A stretch of 64,000 nucleotides of DNA from Octopus vulgaris (GCA_951406725.2 OX597814.1:102238001-102302000); one strand, 5' to 3'; positions 1-12,130 are shown, numbered from the stretch's first letter. The notes: a model not told the origin generated them from the letters alone. A program made the numbers and translations.

Positions 1-239
1 TAAATTATAACAGCTTTCAAATGAAGATTTTAACTGTCCAGAATGATATCTCCTTTACAAGTTTCATATCGTTTAATATCATCTCTTCAGCAAATCGCAC
101 ATCGTTATGTTCCAGTGGGTTTATTCTATAGTTTCTATAGTGGCTAAAGCAATTTCATTTTTGTTAAATCGTTAATGCAACTGAGAAGAGTAAAAACTTC
201 ACAACTTCCCATTTCATGTAAGATAAAAGTTCTTGAAAT

Positions 240-720
240 GAAATTTCATAAAATGGATTTGCATGTTACGGCAAGGTTTTTAAGACCGCTGCGTCTCCAT
301 AAGGCAAAGGTTACCTGTAAGTAAGACCCCTCCTATATTAAAATCCAGTCAGCACCCGTAGAGTGAGACGTATTTCGAAAGGAAGGACTGACCATTGTTT
401 AGTACAGAGTAAGGATGACAAGAGAAATACACATATCGAGTGAACCAGGGCGGAGGGTAGAGTACAAAGCTTTCTAGTTCAGAGTACATAGAAGTTATTG
501 TACTTGCATAGAAACTGGAACAAGAAAAGTCTGAGAGCGGGTTGTTCTAACGTATTGATGAGTGAGCCTTTGTCATTGAGCCGAATAATCTTGGAAATCT
601 AGTAAAAAGGAGTGCTGATAATTGTTTCTAATAGGACGGAGGGAGAAGGCACCTGAGGCCTCGATGTCCGAGCACACCGCCGCGCCAGGAATAGCGAGCG
701 GAAGCTGAACGGAGGGATGA
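240..720 (-). mobile_element. Possible decayed 3' fragment of a CR1/L2-type LINE
   Basis: GC-richer than the flanks. The broken minus-strand translation (LINTLEQPALRLFLFQFLCKYNN) loosely resembles LINE ORF2 C-termini. No diagnostic motif. Confidence 0.25.
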
Positions 721-1259
721 AAACGTAGAAATAACAAAATATGCTAGAAATTAGAAATAAAATGAAACACTTGACTCGTGTAGATGACAGATTGTTAAAT
801 TAATTGATTCCAAGAAGAGACCACACAAATAAATATACCACTAACAACAAGCAAACAAAACTGTTTCAACTTTATTTTAAATGTGATATATGTCGTTTCT
901 CTGTATCATAGCAAATTTCCACTTAAAAATTTCATAGCTGTACTTGCTGGCAAATGACTTTATTTGAGACTATGTTTTGAAACTGAAAAAAAACATTGTT
1001 AAATTTTCGTCACACCACTGCGACCTGTTACTATCACAATTCCAGAATTTTATGAGTGATCATATGAAAGCCGTGCGACGAAAATTCTGACGCCTCAAGT
1101 AATTAATGAAAAGTGAGTTTAATAATATTTTGTGTGTGTATGTTCTTAGATGGCTATAACGACTCGTTCACGATTTAAATGCTGCTATGTTATAGCTTCA
1201 TGTAATTTAATAAATCCTGTGCCACCCACCCAGAAAAATGTTATGCTTGATACAATATA

Positions 1260-1261
<2 letters not shown>

Positions 1262-1303
<42 letters not shown>

Positions 1304-1318
1304 TGTGTGTGTGTGTGT
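1262..1318. repeat. (TG)n microsatellite
   Basis: Direct inspection. Confidence 0.95.
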
Positions 1319-1409
1319 ATGATACTGTTATACTAACTTGAAGAGTTATTGAAATGTTTGAAAAATTTTCTCAACTGACTCTTGACTACAACATCCATAG
1401 CATTGATCA

Positions 1410-1551
1410 TCCACGGGCAAAATGTGGCCCGCCGGACTTACTGAACGGTACACCTAACGAAAAATTACCATGAATTTCTTTAGTATGTGGCCCGTCTGAT
1501 AATAATTCATGTCTCACGCAGCCTACTTCTCAAAAAAGGTTGTCCATGCCT
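1410..1551. mobile_element. hAT (Charlie/MER30-like) non-autonomous element end
   Basis: Repeated tgtggcccg subterminal motifs and an end aaaaaggttgtccatgccta, typical of hAT-Charlie MITE termini. Only one end is visible. Confidence 0.4.
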
Positions 1552-2086
1552 AACATAGATCATAATCAACCGTAAAATTAAAGTTTCCAAAACATTGATC
1601 TGTGAAAATCTGATTCATTTATGGACTGTTATATATTTTTAGACCATGTGACATAAAAGGACATCACATGAATTTTAGTTGGTCTTAGCAAGATTTAAGT
1701 ATCTAAATTATATAGCATTTTATGGGTAGATCATATAAAATGTAAATCAGGCTGGCAACTGTTTCTTAACTTACTATATGTTGAAAGTGAAAGTGTTGTT
1801 CAGAATGAGGTAATCAAATTTTTCATTATAATTGTCTAATCTAATGAAATACAATTTGCTAAACTATGAATGAAATAAACCTAGTTAGATACGGGCATCC
1901 ATATTTGTGTGTGATTCTTTGCAATTTATTTAAGAACTTCTAAATAGAATTTAAGACGGTCATGTTTCTACTCACTGATGTACAAATCATTTCAACTCCA
2001 ATAATGAATTTTTTAAATGCGTTTATCATATATAAATATATATACAGACAGACAGACAGATAGATAGATAGAGAAATGCGTTTATC

Positions 2087-2121
<35 letters not shown>

Positions 2122-2122
<1 letters not shown>

Positions 2123-2625
2123 ACTTACATATAAGAGACCAAAGTGTACGTACGCCGCAATATGTTTTATATATAAAAAATACAAAATGGGACAAGAATG
2201 CAAAACATCCAGACAGATGATACAAAAAAGGGTCAACAAAACATAGACGATACAAAGAAAACAAGTACGGGTCATTCTGAGTTTTCTTTCCTCAGTCGAG
2301 TTCCAGATTATCTTTGCAATTTCGGCTGGTTATACTCGAGATTGCTCCAATCTGGCTAGCCCCAAGGAAAAACTAAGCTAAGAGTATTATATTCCTTGGA
2401 AGAAAGCAACGAATGTATACAAAAACAAGGACAGAAACAAACGGAGAATGTTACGCAAATACAAATAACAGGACATAACAACAAGTGTCTTTCGATTAAG
2501 GGTGAATTGAATTAAGTCGGCGTGTGTGGAAGTAAAGCCTTATGGCAGGGATACAAGATTTCACAAGCACAGGAAGGAATATAGATGTTGCACGGACGGC
2601 GGCAAAAGAGAGATTCTGTCTGTTT
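2122..2625 (-). mobile_element. Penelope-like terminal repeat fragment (family A)
   Basis: Near-identical to 36215-36422 and homologous to 14490-14900. Abuts (TA)n/(TG)n. The minus strand carries CGAAA and CTGAGGA boxes. The PLE assignment is inferred from architecture. Confidence 0.6.
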
Positions 2626-3019
2626 GTTTCTTTGTCCAGCAAAATGAAACTAAACGGTTCAGAGGAAGCTATTATGCTATTGCCTAATTTATCTCAGCAA
2701 AAAGTTATGCAACGGTACAACACTAATTGTGCACAGACATATGAGGAACTGCATTGAGGCAAATATTCCCACTAGTTGTGGTACGCATACCAGTTATACC
2801 ATCTAATGTCCCATTCCAATTTAATCCGTTACAATTTCCTATCCTATTTTCTTTTGCCATGAGCATTAATAAAACTCACAGCCAAACACTAAAAGTTGCT
2901 GGATTGCAACTTGAAGAATAAACAGAAGTTTGTATATGAAATCCATCGTTTTTCTACTTCAATTATTACATGTTTTTCTCTTATAAAATACACACATACA
3001 GGAGGAGTAAATCTAAATC

Positions 3020-3272
3020 TGTAGTCGTAGTCTCACCATTCCCGGCAAGTTTCTTGCTGGTGCCTCCAGAGTGGAAGCAATATTATCGATAATGGCTGAA
3101 ATTGCGTTTGACTCTCTGACCGATAACTGATGAAGAGTTGGTGATCTTCTGTGTTTTCTGTGCGCCTGTGTGTGTTCATTTGTTTATTTACTACACGTTT
3201 TTTTAAAATTATATGTATATATAGGTATGTTATATTTTCCGTCTGTAGCCTTCTTTTTATTTAATCCTGAAT
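3020..3272 (+). mobile_element. Penelope-like terminal repeat fragment (family D)
   Basis: Same motif order as families A and B (GGA-GCAAT...GCTGAAATTGC...ACTGATGA), then a pyrimidine/GT-rich tail ending in (TA)n. Confidence 0.5.
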
Positions 3273-3280
3273 ATATATAT

Positions 3281-3332
<52 letters not shown>

Positions 3333-3493
3333 CGTCTAGTTTAAATATTCTATTTCTACAAACAAAAAAATGCCGACTTTTTTTAACATCATGCACCTGC
3401 TTTAGCATCTACTTGACATTTTTACTCTCCTAATCAGCTCACAACATCTCCAAGGAAGAGTTACCACCCACATTAATAATCACTGGCTTAAAG

Positions 3494-3843
3494 TGTTCCA
3501 AATTGGGATTCCTCTACACTGGAATTGTGCATTTCTAACCACAGACCACATTGCAGTGACCTCCATCTTCGTTGCCACCACGGATGTCTCTCACCAACGT
3601 CGTCGACATCTACACAGCACCAACACACTGCACTAGTTCTTACATCTCTCGCTATTCGTGAGCTTCTCACCAGGGTTAACAGCTTACATACAACCCTCGC
3701 AGATGCCTGTATATATATATATATAATATGTACATCAACCACTTCCATTCAGCTTGTGTATATATGCGTGTGACCAATAAACGTATTTAAAGTTACTACC
3801 TTGTGTTTTATACATTCTTTACCGAGTTTATACCACAGTAACA
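3494..3843 (+). mobile_element. Possible solo LTR
   Basis: About 350 bp GC-richer block, TG...ACA ends, TATA-like run near 3710 and AATAAA at 3776. No TSD found. Confidence 0.3.
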
Positions 3844-4090
3844 TACCAGCCTTCTTAGCGGAGTCTCAGATGACACCATGTATGTATATGCATGTATATA
3901 TGTATATATTTCTGTCTGTCAGTCTGTATGTATGTATTATCAACGGAATAACTTGAAGTTTCTCAAACGTAAAACAAAGTAGCTGATCATTTAGACGCTA
4001 GCTTCTGAGTGTTGTGGTAGTCACAGTTTTTTTAATAAGGATTGTGCGTGTGGATTCTTCTTGTTGATCGATTCATATCTGAGTCAAGTA

Positions 4091-5365
4091 TTGGGTTGGC
4101 AACTAAGTTTCCACCGTTTTTTTAAATTTTGGAATTTATTGCGTTTTTAAATTTCGGAATTTATTTTTTTCGAAAATTCCATTTTTGAATCATTTTGGAA
4201 TCTTTTTTTTTTTCTAGTTAATTTTAGTTAATTTTTGTTTATTTTCAGATCATTAAAACGGAATGTCAAGTTAAGAAAAACGAACAATTTCGACACCTCA
4301 TTCTTTTTGCTTTTAGTCGCAAACGCTGCTCGCGACATTTGTGCTGTGTATGGAGAGGGTGCCATAGCTGATAGAACCGCTCGTGATTGGTATGCCAAGT
4401 TCAAAAATGGAAATTTTGACCTCAAAGACGCACCTCGTTTTGGCCGTCCAGTTGAGTTCGATGAAGAACGATGAAACCAACTTTTGCACGAAAATTCTCG
4501 TCAAACGATAAGGGAACTGACAGAGAAAATGGAGTGCTTCCACACTGCTATAGAGAAGCATCTTCACTCGATGGGAAAGTTTCAGAAGTATGGAGCATGG
4601 GTTCTGCATGCTTTAAGTGACAACAACAAAAATCAATGAGCCACAATCTCTGCTGGTTTGCTTACTCGTCACCGCTCAACTCATGGACACAAGCGATGAT
4701 TTCTTTACCGAATCGTTACTGGCGACGAAAAATGGTGCCTGTACATCAATATGAGGCAGCGTAAGGAATGGCTTAGCCCCGGTAAACAAGCGACACCGCG
4801 GTGAAACAAGATCTTCACCTGCGTAAAACGATATTGTGTGTATGGTGGGACTCGGAGGGGATTATCCATTACGAATTGCATGAACGGAACCACATGGTCA
4901 AAGCGGAACTCTATGTTCCACAGATGGAACGACTCAACACGGCTATTCAAGAGAAAAGACCTAATTGTCAGCATGGAGTTCTTCTGGTGTACAACAACGC
5001 CCGCCCTCATATCCCCAATATGACCAAGGAAGCCATTCAAACGCATGGCTGGGAAGTGCTACCACACCCGCCGTACTCTCCTGATTTGGCACCAACGGAT
5101 TTCCACCTCCTTCGATCTCTTTCAAATGCTATGCGCAGAGTTTCGTTCAATACTGATGCAGAATTGAGAGATTGGTTGGATCAATTTTTCTAGTCGAAAT
5201 CGGGTGATTTCTACCAACGAGGTATTGAAAATCTTGTTGAACGTTGGGAAGAAGTTGTAAACAACAAGGGTGAATACATCATTGATTAATTAGTTGTTAT
5301 TTTTTATTAAACCTTTTAAAAAAATGTAAATTTAAAAAATGGCTGGAACTTAGTTGCCAACCCAA
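4091..5365 (+). mobile_element. Mariner (DD34D) DNA transposon, full length, transposase disrupted
   Basis: TIRs ttgggttggcaactaagtt / aacttagttgccaacccaa, each flanked by TA. Motifs WVLHAL, VTGDEKW and HPPYSPDLAPTDFHL. Several stop codons. The TIR resembles mellifera-subfamily mariners. Confidence 0.95.
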
Positions 5366-5736
5366 TATATAGAGTGATGATGTTGCTACTGGCTGTCGAG
5401 GAGAGATATTCCACTGAATTTTGTTCGTTATTTCCTAAGTATATGCTCGCATTTTTCTGGGGGTAATATTTGTCTTCTGGCTGTTCTCAATGTGATAGAA
5501 TAAGTACGGGACTTGCTCTGAAAGTAATGCAAAATGGGCATAACTCTTTATTAACTGATATAAGTCATTGAAATTGCGCATGCTGGTTGAGTAACTCTTC
5601 TTTTATAGTAACTATTTTCCTTGTTCTTCATTGCAAGAAAATAATGGGTTCCAAGCAGAAGCAACATGCTATAGTTGAGTTAGACGGCCACAGATAGCTA
5701 TAGGCTATTTACAGATATGACACCGTTTACAAAAGT

Positions 5737-5866
5737 AATCTTGTTGAACGTTGAGAAGCTGTAAACAAGGGTGAATACATCATTGATTAATTAGTTGTTA
5801 TTTTTTATTAAACCTTTTAAAAAATTTTTATTAAAAAAAACGGCGGGAACTTAGTTGCCAACCTAA
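5737..5866 (+). mobile_element. Extra right end of the same mariner family
   Basis: Repeats 5231-5365 (aatcttgttgaacgttg...ggtgaatacatcattgattaattagttg) and ends in the TIR gggaacttagttgccaacctaa followed by TA. Confidence 0.9.
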
Positions 5867-5971
5867 TACTTAATCCAAACATTTAAATTCTACGGTACGT
5901 GTTACGCGCTCTTTTTTTTTTTTTTTTTGTATATCTATCACTATGTTTTTATCAGAATGTATGCATCTCTG

Positions 5972-6050
5972 TACATACATACATACATACATACATACAT
6001 ACATACATACATACATACATACATACATACATACATACATACATACATAC
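5972..6050. repeat. (ACAT)n microsatellite
   Basis: Direct inspection. Confidence 0.95.
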
Positions 6051-7859
6051 GCGTGTGTATTTGTGTACACAAACACACACTTATAAATTTTAATATGACC
6101 TATAGGAATATCTGAGAGTAGAGCCAATATGTACAATAGGTACATTATTTTTAAACACGTCTGTTTCTTTTCTTATCTGATGTAATCTGTTTTTCTCAAT
6201 TTCTTTCACGCGCTCGTAAATACGTATGTATATATTTATCTGCTGTAAGGTACGTGTATATGTTGTATGCTATGTAGTTGTGTTGATTTATAAGTACGTA
6301 TAAGTAAGTGTGTGCTCGTAAATTTACTGACAATAGACGCTCTTTTATCTAACGTCTGACTTGGCTACACCCATGTAGTGTGTAGACGCCTATGCACAGT
6401 AAATACTTCGAATTATATACAGGTCGAGTTTAATCATCTAATTCCATACTCCCCACCAACATTAACAATACCACATAATAATTATCTGCTGAACTAGGGT
6501 TGGCTGCTCAGCAGGCCTTATCACAAACGAATGTAGCTGTAATGAGATCAACTCTAGACTACTTCTTCGAAGCCAAAGGTGAACAGTGTATTGTCAGATG
6601 TATCATACATATACATACTATTTTCACAACCATCTGAGCGCGAAGCGCTCCTCACGAACCTGCATTCGTGAGGTGGTTGTGATCTGTTAACAGTTTTGAG
6701 CAGGAACCGGAAAGAGCATATACACTCTGGATTCGTAAAACAAAAGACAAGAATAAAAACGTAATGCGAATGCCAAACAAAGTTATATGATGGTCTGAAC
6801 GCCATGGTTGACACCACTATCACGCAGCTTTGCTGTAATTTTCTTGTTAGATTCAACGAAATAAAAGCCGTGCGTGACGTAATAGTGACGCGACGCAGCA
6901 GAAAAGAAAAAGCTGCTATAGTCGTCGGGTAGAAACGAGCATGTTCCATCAGATGCCGAACGAAAGGGCTGCATTTTTAATGGCATTTAACTAAACTATT
7001 TGGAGAGAGGGCCAAACTGGTGATAGGAGCCTAACTTTATTGCAGCCCTCAATTTTCTACCTCGGTTCACAACAGCAGGCGCAGAATAATGTGAAAATGG
7101 ATCATGGGGGTTGAAGTATAACGTGGCTGGACGACCACATAAATAGCAAGTAGTCAAATGGTTTATTTTACAGATTCTATTCGTCGATGTCAGACTTGTT
7201 AGAATCCAACTTATCGATGTTTATCATAGTTCGCAGTTACCTGAAAGACATTCTCAGTCGCTATGGAATGATAGGTTAGATAACATCAGGTCAATAACTA
7301 CAGTATTCAGTTTTAAAGATTTTTGCCAAACTAGAAATTGTTCGTTCGGCACAAAACCATGCACGTTCTACAGAACTACTGCCTCTTCATGTGATAGAGA
7401 GAAGAGGGGGTACGAACTAGATGTGGCTCTCTTTAGGCCATGATTAGTTAACAGGCAGTCAAAATAATTCCACAACAGAGACTATCATTACCTGGAAGTT
7501 GTGGTGTGGTCTGCTGGTTTCAAATCGATCTTGAGGTGTTAGGTTACTAATTTTACTCTGACGTTTAGCAAAACTACTCTCATTTACTGTTTTTGCACAT
7601 AGCATTCGAACCTCTCAGCTAAGATTCAGCATTTTAAGATGTATCCCATTTTTGCTAGGTAGAAAGATGGTATTTTTGTCTGTGCAGACGACGTAGAATC
7701 TTCCGAAATCTATGTTTTATGCAAAAGTGACTGAATACAAATGGAGTAAAGGCAATCAAGGATAGATAAATGGACATGCAATTTAACCTATGTGTAATTA
7801 TTTATGGTGATTAAATATGCCTCTGTATTTATACATGCTAATTTATAACGCTCTTGTTC

Positions 7860-8210
7860 ACTTCCGTTGTTTATAGCAGTGCTTGGAAGTAAAGAGTGTT
7901 CATCTCAAAAAGAAGATCTGGTTTCAACTGCGCAGGATCTCCCTGATTGTGTCGAAAAAGAGGAAAACCTTTTGAAAACGGTCAAAACAGGTGACGAATC
8001 GTGGGTGTACCATTACAACCCCGAAACCAAGGCTTAGTCTTCGTAGCGGAAGACTCCCATCCCCACTCCAACAAGATTTCAAAACGTCGAGGAAATCGAA
8101 GAGAATGCGACGTGTTACCTGCTATGCCAAAAGAGGAGTTCAAGGAATGCTCCCATCAACAGAAACGACGATGGAGGAAGTGTGTGACTTCAGAAGGGGA
8201 TTGATTAAAT
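7860..8210 (+). mobile_element. Decayed mariner transposase fragment
   Basis: acaggtgacgaatcgtgggtgtaccattacaaccccgaaaccaag translates to TGDESWVYHYNPETK, the first catalytic Asp motif. A C-terminal RWRKCV-like remnant follows. Confidence 0.7.
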
Positions 8211-8239
8211 GCCGAATAGTGTGTATGTGCGTGCGTGTC

Positions 8240-8407
8240 AACCGGTGTCGGTTTGTTTACATCTTCGTAACTTAGTGGTTCAGTAAAAGAGATCCGACAG
8301 AATAAGTACCAGACATTAAAAAGAATAAGTACTGGGATCGATTTGTTCGACTAAAATCCATCAAGGCGGTGTCCCAGCATGGATGCAATGACTGAAACAA
8401 GTAAAAG
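8240..8407 (+). mobile_element. 3' half of SINE family 2 (CORE/OR2-like)
   Basis: Matches the tail of the copies at 11150 and 30355 (gtaacttag...aaggcggtg...cagcatgg...atgactgaaacaagtaaaag). Confidence 0.75.
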
Positions 8408-8477
8408 TTTTTTAATTATCTGCAATATCCTGTGCAGATCTTGACAAAGCCTACAACGGAAAATGTAATTATTTGAA

Positions 8478-9062
8478 GGCGGCGAGTTGGGAGAATGGTT
8501 AGCACGTCAGGCGAAATGCTCAGCGGTATTTCGTCTGCGTTACGTTGTGAGTTCAAATTCCGCCGAGGTCGACTTTGCCTTTCATCCTTTCGGGGTCGAT
8601 AAATTAAGTACCAGTTAGGCACTGGGGTCGATGTAATCGACTTAATACCTATGTCTGTCCTTGTTCGTCCCCTCTCTGTTTAGCCCCTTGTGGGTAATAA
8701 AGAAATAGGTATTTCGTCTGTATTTACGTTCTATGTTAAAATTCCGCTAGGTCAACTTTGCCTTTCATCCTTTCGGGGTCGATAAATTAAGTACCAGTTA
8801 CGCACTGGGGTCGATATAATCGACTTAATCCGTTTGTCTGTTCTTGTTTGTCCCCTCTATGTTTAACCCCTTGTGGGTAATAAAGAAATAGGTATTTCGT
8901 CTGTCTTTACGTTCTGAGTTAAAATTCCGCCGAGGTCGACTTTGCCGTTCATCCTTTCGGGGTCGATAAATTAAGTACCAGTTGCGAACTGGGGGAGGAA
9001 CTAATCGACTGACACCCCCCCTCCTAAAAAATTTCGGGCCTTGTACCTAGAGTAGAAAAGGA
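8478..9062 (+). mobile_element. tRNA-derived SINE family 1, trimeric copy
   Basis: Head ggcggcgagttggg...gttagcacg, B box gagttcaaattcc and core gtcgactttgcctttcatcctttcggggtcgataaa present three times at a period of about 183 bp. TSD taattatttgaaggc. Confidence 0.9.
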
Positions 9063-9938
9063 ATATATAATTATTTGAAGGCAATATTTTCCATTAAAAT
9101 AAAGCTTTATCACGTCTCGGTTGCTGTGCTGCAACTATGTCGTGCTATATAACATTATAAAATCACTAAAATGATATTTTCCATATCATAAATGCTTAAC
9201 TGAGTTTCGGGTTGCCTCATTACGCAGCATCTTTGGCAAGTGTCTTCAACTATATCCCAAATTTCAACGATTCTACTAGCGATTGTTAGAGATTGGCTTA
9301 ACTACAACTGCCAGTCAATTTATCGTCAAAATTCGCTTTCAGCAGTATTGAGTTTTCATTTGAAAATCGCAATAAAATATTCTTGTATTGTCCTCAATAA
9401 GTGGAACCCTTGTGGCCAATAAAAGAAATCAAACTTCATCATGATCATGTTTCTCAAACCAGGTGTCTTGGAATATTTTGGAGCATCATTGCATAAGACG
9501 ATGTGGAACACCCCAACAAAACAAATATATTGAAGGTGAACGTCTTTCCGCAGATTTTAAATACCGAAAAAATGAATTACTAGGAGTGATTCGCAATGAA
9601 ACCAATGCTCTTTGAAAGGGGGAAATGTTCAGTTTTATAGAAAAATAAAGCTATTGAGAACAGTCTTAACGATGCAGTTGGAGAAAAATATTACAAAACA
9701 AAAACAAAAAGAAAAACACGCAATGTTGCCAAACGCAAAACTTTGCCAAACGTAGGTAACTGTATATTTTAATGATAGAAACTTGAGTGGAGGACTGGCC
9801 TTGATTTTTGCAAATGTGGTTCGCAACATACGAATTTTAAATATGAGACAAACGGGAAAGAAAGACTACATAACAGTATTATGCTATAAGAACAAGTGCT
9901 TTCCTTTCCACCTGAGTCTATTATACAGGCACATGAAA

Positions 9939-10170
9939 GGCAGCGAGCTGGAAGAAACGGTAGCACGCCGGGCGAAATGCTTTGCGGTATTTCGTCCGCC
10001 GCTGCGTTCTGAGTTCAACTTCCACCGAGGTCGACTTTGCCTTTCATCCTTTTGGGGTCGATAAAATAAGTACCAGTTACGCACTGGGGGTCGATGTAAT
10101 CGACTTAACCCGTTTATCTGTCCTTGTTTGTCCCCTCTGTGTTTAGCCCCTTGTGGGAAGTAAAGAAATA
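9939..10170 (+). mobile_element. SINE family 1, monomer
   Basis: Same head and core. Perfect 15-bp TSD tatacaggcacatga. Confidence 0.9.
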
Positions 10171-10911
10171 TATACAGGCACATGAGAGAAGGAAGGTAAT
10201 TTATTTGTGTTTTGCCAAATCCAGAGGAGCCCTGTGTTCTCAAAAGAACAGTTAGTTTCAGTATTCGCTAATATGAAGAGTGTGATCTCCGGATTCGAAC
10301 AAGGTGGGGGATATGGCACCATAAGCGTTATTTTTAAAACCGAGGAGGCTTAAAAGACAAACTGAGTTAGTGTATCGCATGTGTGCCCGAAAAATAAATC
10401 CCACAGTATTTGGGATAAAGAAACACGAGGGCCACCGTAGAGTATCCAGCAATGTCAACGTTGACTTGACTCTCAAAGTTACTTTCGTAGTAGATTATTG
10501 TCAGGAAGTCAGTACTTAAGTTACATTTGGTGATATAAAGATCGGGTTGGGACCCCATCAGCATACATGTTCTCGTGGCCCCACAAGATCACAAAAGGAT
10601 TCTCGAGTTGTGTCCTGTTGTGGGTGCTACAAGAAAAGTTTTATGACAGAGCGTTTGGGGTGGAAGCCCTGTTGCTTTGCATGAGGCAGGAAATGTCACT
10701 TAAAGGCTTTCTGTCCAGAAAAGATAGAGAGGCTCAAACGCAAAAACAAAAGACAATAGACCACGGAACAGATGTTGTCGACCTTGGTCCCAAGAACTGA
10801 GCTGGAATATGAGGCAGCCCCCTCTGCGGCCATAATTAGCGGCAGCCACATCGTTGTCATGCTACTATGAGGAGACGTCGGCCAAGACACGAAATAAATC
10901 CACAGAACAAA

Positions 10912-10925
10912 ACACGCGCACGCAC

Positions 10926-11004
<79 letters not shown>
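10912..11004. repeat. (CA)n microsatellite
   Basis: Direct inspection. Confidence 0.95.
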
Positions 11005-11006
<2 letters not shown>

Positions 11007-11149
11007 AACGAAGATTTGATAGAGCTACTGGAAAAAATGTAAGAGGAAGAAAAGAGTAATAAGGCATTTATTGAAGTTGGGATCGTCAACGATTCTGAGG
11101 AACATTCGAACCATACGGTCAGCTAACGTGCTACCACTTAAAGTATATT

Positions 11150-11544
11150 CTTTTATACTTTTATTTGTTTCAGTCATTTGACTGCGGCCATGCTGGAGCA
11201 CCACCTTTAATCGAACAAATTGACCCCAGGACTTATTCTTTGTAAGCCTGGTACTCATTCTGTCGTTCCCTTTTGCCGAACCGCTAAGTTACGGGAACGT
11301 AAGCACACCAACATCGGTTGACAGGCGATGATGGTGTGGACTAACACAGACATACAAACATATACATGTATACATATATGCGACGGGCTTATTTAAGTTT
11401 CCGCCTACCAAATCCACTCACAAAGCTTTGGTCGGCCCGAGGCTATAGTAGAAGACACATACCCAAGGTACCACGCAGTGGGACTGAACCCGGAACCATG
11501 TGGTTGGGAAGCAAGAGTTTTACCAACACAGCCACGCCTGCGCC
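11150..11544 (-). mobile_element. tRNA-derived SINE family 2 (CORE domain, octopus OR2-like), full length
   Basis: Minus strand has A box gtggctgtgttgg, B box gggttcagtccc, CORE-like ccttgggta/caagtgtctt, an internal (TA/TG) tract and the conserved tail. Confidence 0.85.
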
Positions 11545-11779
11545 GGGAGATTTCTTGCCTGATCCGTCATTAAAGATGATCGCAGGCATCTTTGGGTCTA
11601 CCATTTTCAACTCATGCAGTTCTCTAGCAGGTGATTTCGCGTTTGTATGCGTGTGGATGTCTAATTTATATCTCGCATTTTAAAATTATATTTTGCCTTT
11701 TTGCCTGTAAGGTTATGAAGTCTCTCTTGGTTTACTACAGTAATGTTGCATGCCATTATTTAACAAGTGCTGCGTGTTA

Positions 11780-12130
11780 ATTCGTGGAAATAATACAAGA
11801 AAGGAACTTTAAAATAACCGCGAGACTCTTCCTCTGCTAAGTTATACAGTGGACCAAATAACACATCACGAATTGTTCTATAGTTCATCCACCGCCAGGA
11901 TAATTCAACTCTGGCCATCGTTGGTTCCAAGTGCTTTGTTATATTAGCAGGAAAATAACATCTCGCGTGCCCTGGGAAAACTCTCTCCTCTCTAGTCATA
12001 ATGATTTTACAACACTTTTTATAAACAAAAAGGGGCTCACAGCGATAGTTCAAATTAATTGTTTGAAGATGTATTACGCGCAACGTGACTGGATCCATAC
12101 CCCGCGCAATACTCGGCCAATTAAAATACA
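11780..12130 (-). mobile_element. Decayed pogo/Tigger-like transposase fragment
   Basis: FPANITKHLEPTM resembles the DDE_1 motif FPxNxTxxxQPxD. Confidence 0.4.

Noticed and set aside
4801-5193. Host SETMAR-like or domesticated transposase gene
   Set aside because: Lies between TIRs, has stop codons, and no SET domain is present.
6554-7150. GC-richer block with 131-aa ORF (similarly 38122-38418)
   Set aside because: No motif, TIR pair or second copy identified. Probably old transposon debris.
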